Shown here: positions 56,450-64,000 of the stretch, one piece after another
Numbering within the stretch: the stretch's first letter is position 1
How the letters are laid out: the number at the start of each line of letters is the position of its first letter
Assembly: GCF_048593235.1 (NCBI RefSeq)
Contig: NC_133618.1
Location: 494,593,675 to 494,657,674, forward strand
Direction: 5' to 3'
DNA: 64,000 nucleotides
Source of the DNA: Sminthopsis crassicaudata
Lineage: Eukaryota
The notes under the pieces: generated by a model
What the model saw: only the letters and a program-made list of their open reading frames with translations
Told to the model about the DNA's origin: nothing
Database searches by the model: none
Made by a program: the position numbers and the translations under genes

Positions 56450-56549
56450 TTTGGTTCCCTGTTCCTGTTCTTGTTCTCCCTGTTCTTCTTTTCCTTCTTG
56501 TTCTTCTTTTTTTGTTGTTTTTGTTATACTTGCTCTTGTTCTTTCCTGA

Positions 56550-57760
56550 TAAATGGAGAAGTGATATAAGACAATATTTTGAAGAGATGATAGGGCCAAG
56601 AGAAGGTTTTTAAAATGTGGGAGATAAGCATATTTGAAGGCAGGGAGGAACCAATAGATTGGGAGATTACATCAAAAAGGGATTTTTGAGATTGCAGCAT
56701 GAGAGGGAATGGTATTTGTCAATCTGAATTAAACAGCCAATACAGCAAAATTGAGATCTTTAATTGGGGCAGGTGAGTTGCTGATTTAGTTTAGCAAGCT
56801 CTGGAATACTCAAGGAATGATTGGAAACAGGGTTTATATCAGGTAGTAGTAAGGCAGAGGGGACGCCAAGCTGCTGGTGGGAAATTTACAAAATAATCAG
56901 AGACTGGGAGTGAAAATGTCTGTTCAGACCCAGGCAATTCATTGACCTTGAGAATGGAGACTAGGTCTCCATTTATTGATGTCAAGGGTATATGTAGAGC
57001 AAAGAGAAGGGTCCTCTTTATCAGGGAGGCTGAGGGAAAGAGAGTGGGAGATGATGTCAAAAAGTTTTGAGATGAAGAGAAAGGCAAAAGGGTGAATTCA
57101 TGTTAAATGGCCTGGTTTTTCATCTGAGAGAGAGAAGAAAGGAAGAATAAAGTACAGGATAAATGAAGAGAGAAGAGAAGCTTTGGAATAGTTTCTATGG
57201 AGAGGGAAATATGAAGTCAATTAGAGTAGAATGAAAGGTTGGCCTTGCTGTGTAGTGAGGACCCAGTTCAAGTTAGTGTGAATTTGTAAAGTGCTCAGTC
57301 TGTGTGGTTGTTTGACTTCCTTCGGCACTTTTCAGCACCCTGTGACTATGAGAAGAGGAGTAATGCAGGACTGAGGTTTGTCAAGAAAGGAGTGGCAGTA
57401 AGATGGTGGGCATGGAATTCAAGAATAAAGTTGAAGTGGCTAATTGTAGGATAGAGATTAGAAAGGGAGGAGGAAAGTAGGATCAGAACAAAAAGAAATG
57501 GCTTGAGAAAGAACTGAGTAGGGAGTGTATATAAGGTAAAAAAGAAGGGTAAAGAGTTAAAGTTGGAATGAGGCAGAGGAAGAGATAAGAGATTGAAGTT
57601 AAGAGAATGAGAGATTATGGTCAGATAGAGGAACATCAGCATTTCTGATTAAGAAACAATACTTGTGGGAAATTATAAGATTCATAAAGTGGGGTTGAAG
57701 TGTAGTGAAGGAGAATGAATAATTGGGAGATTAGGGTGACTGAGGATGACAAAATTTAGT
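56550..57760 (-). mobile_element. Ancient LINE-2-like ORF2 fragments (also at about 55420-55740)
   Basis: Purine-rich plus strand; pyrimidine/Leu-Ser-Pro-rich decayed minus-strand frames typical of L2; interrupted by the LTR at 55753. Pattern-level recognition only. Confidence 0.55.
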
Positions 57761-58820
57761 ATAATTGCTCATAGAATGACAGAAATGTAGTATGGACTAC
57801 CATTCTTTTAATGATCCCAGTAATGTCAGAATTTCAATAATGTCTTTATATTCATACTCCTAAGATATTTACTCTTGATTAGTTGAAGATAAACCCCACC
57901 CTAAGTGGTGATTCAGGGATTTTAACCTTGTAAAGGAACCCAGTTCAGGCTGGATCTAAGTTTCTGATATCTGTCTCCTTTGCATTGGGACAAAGCATCC
58001 AGATTGGAGTAGTTTTTCTTGCTCAGACTGCCATAGTCCACTGGGGTCTTATGTCCATGCTGCCTCATTCTTCTCCCTCCCCTCCCCCAATTCCTTTATT
58101 TCCAAAGGTGTAAGAAGCTTTTGCATGGGTCTTGGAGCTAGAAAAATCCACTGTGCTCTGTACCCAGGAGACATCTCCCAGCATGGCAGGTTTGTTACCC
58201 TGTTGTCTCCATTTAAAGGTATTTTATTCCTCAACTGAAAAAGGGTTTGATTTAAATCAGGGCTTGACAAGGGAATGTCACTGTAGATGCTGAGGCCTCT
58301 TAGTGTAAGGAGCAAGATTTGGGGACAAAAGGAAGATGGGGAAGCCAGGAACTGGGAGAGGAGTAAGAGTCACCTGGGGGCTGGTTAGTACACGGTGGCC
58401 ACTAGGATCTGAAGGGGGGGCAAATTCTGACTGAGGCGACTTCAAAGGAGAAGTTGCTGAGGGAGGTGTCACATAAATGGGAGAAATGAAGTCCGGTGCA
58501 GAGAGGAAGGGCAGCTTGTGGAGCTGACCCTCACAGAAGGCCTGCTATTATTGTTCAGTCTCCGGCAGCCAACTGCCACTTATCCCTCTGAGCTGTGGGA
58601 ACCAGTAGAACTTACAAGGTCACCTTCAGGCCTGGGCATGCTGGGTCAAGGCTGATGTTTGGTCACCTACTCAGAAAACAAAAGGAAGAAAAGGCAACCG
58701 AGGCCTAGCAAGCAGCAAGTGCGTGGAGTTGAGTGCCCTTGTTTCCCCGGATGGGGGGGGAAGGGGAGGACAGAGGACCAGAACTTTTCAGTCTTCAGTG
58801 GAGGTAAGTAGGTTACCATC

Positions 58821-58837
58821 TGGCGCCATCTGGTGGC
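58821..58837 (-). promoter_or_regulatory. CTCF binding motif
   Basis: Minus strand reads GCCACCAGATGGCGCCA, near consensus for the CTCF core motif, in non-repetitive DNA. Confidence 0.75.
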
Positions 58838-59305
58838 TCAAAGGCAGCCGGTGTCAGAACAAAGTCATTGCAGGATTGAGCTACCACATGATTGACCAGA
58901 AGCAGGCAGGAAGTGTGTTGTCCCCGTAGGACCCAAATGCTGAATCACGTAGGCAAGGATTTTATGTGCTCATATGATGAACAATCCATGTTAGCAACGT
59001 TTTCTTTGGTACTTGCTGGCTTCATCTTAAAGGTGGGCATAAAGTTAGCATGGTTTATGCCTCCCTATTACAAATGCCTTTTTTGGAGAAGAGTTGGGGA
59101 GCTCCATGACTACAAACGACCAAAACTGAAATTTCAACAGAAAACAAAGGCTTGCTGAGTCGGCTGAGACTCAACAAGCACATATTAAGTGCCTATTGCG
59201 TTCCAGGCACCATGCTAGGCTCACAAAAGACCAGTATTCATATACACACACAGCATTCTACTCAAGACATTTATTTGCCATCAAATTGGAGTAAGAATAA
59301 AGGGA

Positions 59306-59601
59306 AACATAGAATCCCTCTATTTTGTCCACCTGCATTTTTTATTTCCTTCACAGGCTAATTGTTCACTATTTCAAAGTCTGATTCTTTTTGTGCAACA
59401 AAATAACTGTTTGGACATGTATACATATGTTGTGTTTCACTTGTACTTTAATATATTTAACGTGTATTGATCAATCTGCCATCTGGGGAAAGGGGTGAGG
59501 GGAAGGAGGGGAAAAGTTGGAACAGAAAGTTTTGCAATTGTCAATGCCGAAAAATTACCCATGCATATATCTGGTAAATAAAAATCTATTAAAAAAAAAA
59601 A
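59306..59601 (+). mobile_element. 5'-truncated L1 3' UTR with poly(A) and TSD
   Basis: AAGAATAAAG(G/T)GA at 59293-59305 and 59602-59614; the body closely matches 54500-54780. Confidence 0.85.
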
Positions 59602-59781
59602 AAGAATAAAGTGAGATGTGCCACACATCTAAGACCAACCTGTCCTACTTAAGTTGTTGATGAAAAAAATGAACAGAAAAGGGGATAGGCAGTGTATATA
59701 ATAAGAGATTTTTAAAAATATTTTTTTAATTATATCTTTTTATTGACAGAACATATGCATGGGTAATTTTTCAACATTGAC

Positions 59782-59917
59782 TTCCCCCTCCCCTGAGGCG
59801 GGGGTTAAATGACTTGCCCAGGGTCACACCGCTAGGAAGTATTAAGTGTCTGAGATCACATTTGAACTCAGGTCCTCTTGAATTCAGCGCTGGTGCTCTA
59901 TCCACTGCGCCACCTAG
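59782..59917 (-). mobile_element. WSINE1 with G-rich tail
   Basis: TTCCCCCTCCCCTGAGGCGGGGGTTAAATGACTTGCCCAGGG...TATCCACTGCGCCACCTAG. Confidence 0.8.
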
Positions 59918-60714
59918 GAAGGTAAATGGATGTAAATAATTGGCCATCTTTCATCATGGCAAGTTAGCCAAAGGAACTCAGAAAGTGCCTTGATTAGGAA
60001 ACATTAGAATGCTTTGATACTTCAGTCAAAAATTTCACTGGTTTAAATGCAGAATCATTTGAGGCAGATTCAATGGACAGAGTATTAGACTTGGAGTCAT
60101 ATTCTAGCTTAAATAATTATAAGTGAACCTGGACAAATCACCTGTTTCCCTCAGTTTCTTCATTTAGAAAATGGGGATACATACTTCATGAGAATTAGAA
60201 AGATCAAATCAATTAGTATATGCAAAGCATTTGGTGAATCTTAAAATACTTTTGTATCTTATATAAAATTCTTAAAATATCTTAAAATGATAATTATGTC
60301 TAAAATCTTACAGAGAAACATGGTGGAAGATTTATATTAAATACCATTTGATAAAAATGTTGAAAACCCATGAAAGGTTAAATAAGTTCTAGAAAACTTG
60401 TCAGAATATCTGATTTAGACAAATGATTGGCCATATATTGATCTGTGGATATTTTTAATATTACTTTTCCTTTACAATTCTTCATTTGTAATATGTGTTA
60501 CAAGTCTACTCATAATTTATCCAGATTATCATGTGCAAATGGATAGATAACCCAGAAAATTTATTCTTCAGTACATTTATCTTTGACAAAATAAATTGAC
60601 AATGATCTGGGTCAGAACTAAAGCCAGGATAAAAAGGGGCTTAGTTAACCTTTTCCATATTATATAGTTTTTTCAATGACCCCCAGGATTTTCCTTGAAA
60701 TAACATTCTCATCT

Positions 60715-60950
60715 CTTCTTTTTTTTTTAATTAAAGCTTTTTATTTTTCAAATATATGCATAGACAATTCTTCAACATTAGCCCTTGCAAAACCCTGTAT
60801 TCCAATCCCCCCCTTTCCCTACACCCTCTCTTAGATGGCAAGTAGTCTAATATATGTTAAACATGGTAGAAATATACGTTAAATCTAATATATACATACA
60901 TATTTATACAATTATCATGCCACACAAGAAAAAGAGAGAAGCAAAATAAA
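60715..60950 (-). mobile_element. L1 3' UTR fragment
   Basis: TTTTTTTTTAATTAAAGCTTTTTATTTTTCAAATATATGC...GCCCTTGCAAAACC...GATGGCAAGTAGTCTAATATATG. Confidence 0.8.
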
Positions 60951-61808
60951 ATACAACCATCTTCTCAATATCAATTATTTTTCTAGTGAAGTTTTATGCC
61001 TATGAGTCATGGAATACTAGAGTCTCTGAAGAATTGAAGTTGAAGTTCATCCAAACTTAAAAAACAAAAACATTTCAATCCACAAAGAACAAAAAAAGAT
61101 TTTATGTGAAACTCAGAGCTTGTTCTGTTTGTTCCTAAAAATTAAATTTAATAAGATAGTAACCAAATCACCTGTTTCTTCATTTCTCTTCTGAACTTTC
61201 TGTTCTCTTCTGTGTATTTTTTGGCATGTCTGTTACTACCCAAGAACCCTCTTCTAATAGTAAGTCCCTTATAATAGTGAGTACAATGTTATGAAACAAA
61301 ATCAATGCATTGGGCATACATGAAAATTCATATTTTATTCTATACTTCTAGTTCATCACCTGTCTGCTAAATAGTGAGAAGCATGTTTCATCAACAATCT
61401 CCTGAAGTTATGGCTGAGACTGGTCACTGCTTTGATCAGAATTCCCAGACTTTCAAAGCTGTTATCTTTCATGTAATTGTGCATTGTGCACATTTTTTTT
61501 TTTTTTTGGCTGTTCACTTTATTCAGCATCAGTTCATATTTTTATTCCCCAATTTCTCTGAATTTGTTGTAGCATTTCTTTTGACACAAAAACATTTAAT
61601 TACATGAGTATATCATAATTTGCTCAGCTACTTCCAAATTTATGAGTACCTATTTTGTTTGTTTCTTTGCTATCACAAAAAGAACAGCTATAAATATTTT
61701 TAGACACATGGGTCTTTTCCTTCTGTTCCATGTTTTTAATGTCAATAGTCTTCCACAGAGCAATAGCAAATTCAAATTAACATTCATCAAGTACCTACTA
61801 TTTGCAAG

Positions 61809-61835
<27 letters not shown>
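61809..61835. repeat. (CA)n microsatellite
   Basis: About 13 AC units. Confidence 0.9.
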
Positions 61836-61841
<6 letters not shown>

Positions 61842-61908
61842 CATATGGGCAGTTATGTGGCACAGTGGACAGGTTGTGGGACCTGGAATTAACAAGACAA
61901 CTTCCTGA

Positions 61909-62478
61909 TGATGGGGTGTAGCTTCTAGGAGAGATGTAGCAATAACCCTAAGACCACCTGGCCTTGGGAGTAATATAGGTATATTTCTTCCCCTAGCTTA
62001 TAGGGTAGATGTAGCAGTAACCCTGAGGTCTCCTGGCATTGGGAGTGCTATAGTTTTACAAACATTGCTGGCTGTCAGATAACCATCTGTTGGTCAATAA
62101 TCCTAAAATCCCCAGGCTTTGGGAATGTTATAGTTCCACAAACACAGCTACTCTCAGATAACAATCTGTTGGTCAGTGATAAAGTTTCTGAGACAATAAT
62201 GAAGTATATAGCAGACTCCTCCTTAAATCCACCAGTAAGCCATAAAATTAGCATATTAGTGACATAAAGCATCTGCTCTCTCTTTCCTATGAATATATCT
62301 TTTTGCTCATGGTTCTTTGCTAAATTCTTTTGGAACTTAGCCTGCTGTAATTGGCATTACAATGACAAACTTTGCTCTTTGACTTAGAGATGGGTCCAAG
62401 CCTACAAATTCTTTTGAGACATCTCATGACACTGGTCTGCGACCCCCACCTTTTGGGGGTCTCCTTTGAACCTCAATA
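61909..62478. mobile_element. Solo ERV1-like LTR inserted into a CORE-SINE
   Basis: Termini TGATGGGGTG...CCTCAATA; flanks CTGA/GTGA (4-bp TSD with one mismatch); the SINE (61845-61908, resuming at 62479-62660) is split at its TTCCTGA|GTTCAAATC B-box; internal duplicated blocks. Confidence 0.7.
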
Positions 62479-63584
62479 GTGACTTCAAATCTGGTCTCAG
62501 ACATTTACCAGCTGTATGACACTGGGCAAGTCACTTCTGTTTGCCTCAGTTTCCACATCTGCAAAATGAGCCAGACAAGGAAATGCAAACCACTGCAGTA
62601 TCTTTGTCAGGAAAAACCCAGACAAAATCACAAAAAGTCAGACTCAACTGAAATGAACAATAATATGCAAGAAACTGTGATGGGTGGTAGGGATACAAAG
62701 ACTAGACAATTCCTATTTTAAGGACTTAAGGTCTGCTGGAGAAATACATGTATCCAAGGGAGCAAAGTATATACAAAATAATACATAGTAATTTCTCAAA
62801 GGAAAGGGTACTATTAGCTGGTGGGAGAGGGCAAGGAAGAGTAATGGCCTCATGCTATAGTGATACATAGACTATTTTGAAGCAAAATAGTGATTCTAAG
62901 AGGAGAGGAGAAGGGAGTCTATGCCAGATACTGGACATAGTAAGAACTTAGTTTTGTTTTTCATTGCTAGTGATGGTAAGAGCAATGGCAGAGTCCCAGC
63001 ACTAGTTACCAAGATTGAATCCACACTGAGACCAGAGCTGTGTCTTCCTCCCTTCTGTCCCAGACCCCTCCTTCTCCCTTTGTCTTTCTCTTTAGCCCCC
63101 CCTCCCACAACCCTACTTCTCTGGCACTGACTCCAGCATGTGGATTCTTTAAGTCCCTCAAAGGGACTTTGGCCATTAGCTTCCTAGTTGCTGAAGCAAT
63201 GTAGCCTGGCAAGCAAAATGGGAGTTGCCACAAATGTTATTTGAGCTGCTTTTGACAGAGAACGCTTTCCTGACCTGCTATGGCATGTCACCAAAGTTGC
63301 TGTAGTGGGGAAAGCAGTGTGAGGTGTAGGCTTTTGTATCTTTTTTTAACTTTTAAAGTTATACATTTTGAACTATCATTACTGCATTTAAAGATCCATA
63401 AATTCTTTGTTGCATTTTAACCCCTAAACCTGAATGCTTGGGTTGGCCTAGATTAAGCCTGACTCAGCACATCATCTATACAAAGACAAAAAGACAGAGG
63501 CTGTCCCATCTTGCACACCATGAATCTTATTCTCATCATATTTGTTCAAAGAGAGACTATCAGACACATTTAACTTCACAGAGA

Positions 63585-64000
63585 AGCCTGTTTCAACCTA
63601 TAGGGGAATAGGAAAGGAAGGGGAAAATAAAGGGAAGGCTAATAGAAAGTAGAAGAGAAATAAAAGGGGAAAGGTATAAAAAAGGTGGGACTGCAAAAGA
63701 GAAGGGCTGTTTTGAGGAAGGGGGTGATAGGTGACAAAATACTGGGGAGAAGGAAAAGGAGAAATGGGAAAAGAAAAATATAACTGGGAATAAACATGAT
63801 GGTAGGAAATAGTAATTTTATTTGTGAATGTGAATGGGATGAACTGTCCCATAAAACGGAAGCAGATAGCAGACTGGATTAAAAGCCAGAATCCTACAAT
63901 TTGTTTACAAGAAACTCATTTAAAGCAGATTGATACATACAGAGTAAAAGGCTGGAGCAAAATCTATTATGCTTCAGGTGAAGTAAAAAAAAAAAAAACA
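63585..64000 (+). mobile_element. L1 inter-ORF spacer and start of ORF2 endonuclease (runs off the window end)
   Basis: VNVNGMNCPIKRKQIADWIKSQNPTI..LQETHLKQIDTYRVK..WSKIYYASGEVKK, an APE-like L1 endonuclease N-terminus with small deletions. Confidence 0.88.

Noticed and set aside
58790-58935. Strong donor GAG|GTAAGT at 58804 and nearby AG acceptors suggesting an unannotated exon
   Set aside because: No partner exon, coherent ORF or promoter could be linked; isolated consensus splice sites are common.
63017-63147. Inverted repeat GAATCCACA / TGTGGATTC
   Set aside because: Only 9 bp with a 113-nt pyrimidine-rich loop; expected by chance, with no miRNA- or snoRNA-like structure.

Overview
Eukaryotic (mammalian) genomic DNA, most likely a dasyurid marsupial judged from WSINE1-type SINEs and marsupial L1 3' ends; the species is inferred, not proven. 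The window holds the conserved block ZSWIM3(+, last exon only) - ZSWIM1(+) - SPATA25(-) - NEURL2(-) - CTSA(+) - PLTP(-). I rebuilt the exon structures by hand from GT-AG sites and protein similarity; all give intact reading frames. About 19.5 kb of repeat-rich intergenic DNA follows, with one 442-N assembly gap. Features the ORF track misses: (1) a decayed intronless SLC35C1 (GDP-fucose transporter) retrocopy joined directly to a 5'-truncated L1, a candidate template-switch chimera, with a co-oriented solo LTR upstream; (2) an ERV LTR followed by a remnant tRNA-Glu primer-binding site; (3) SINEs with G-rich tails; (4) an out-of-frame uORF overlapping the CTSA start; (5) CLEAR/M-box and E-box motifs in the NEURL2/CTSA bidirectional promoter; (6) a possible tail-to-tail CTSA/PLTP 3' overlap; (7) a candidate DR4 LXR element upstream of PLTP; (8) a near-consensus CTCF site. 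There is no CRISPR array, tRNA gene or rRNA gene. I found no convincing wholly new multi-gene system; the novelty here is lineage-specific retrotransposition and regulatory detail. All homology calls come from remembered protein sequences and need database confirmation.
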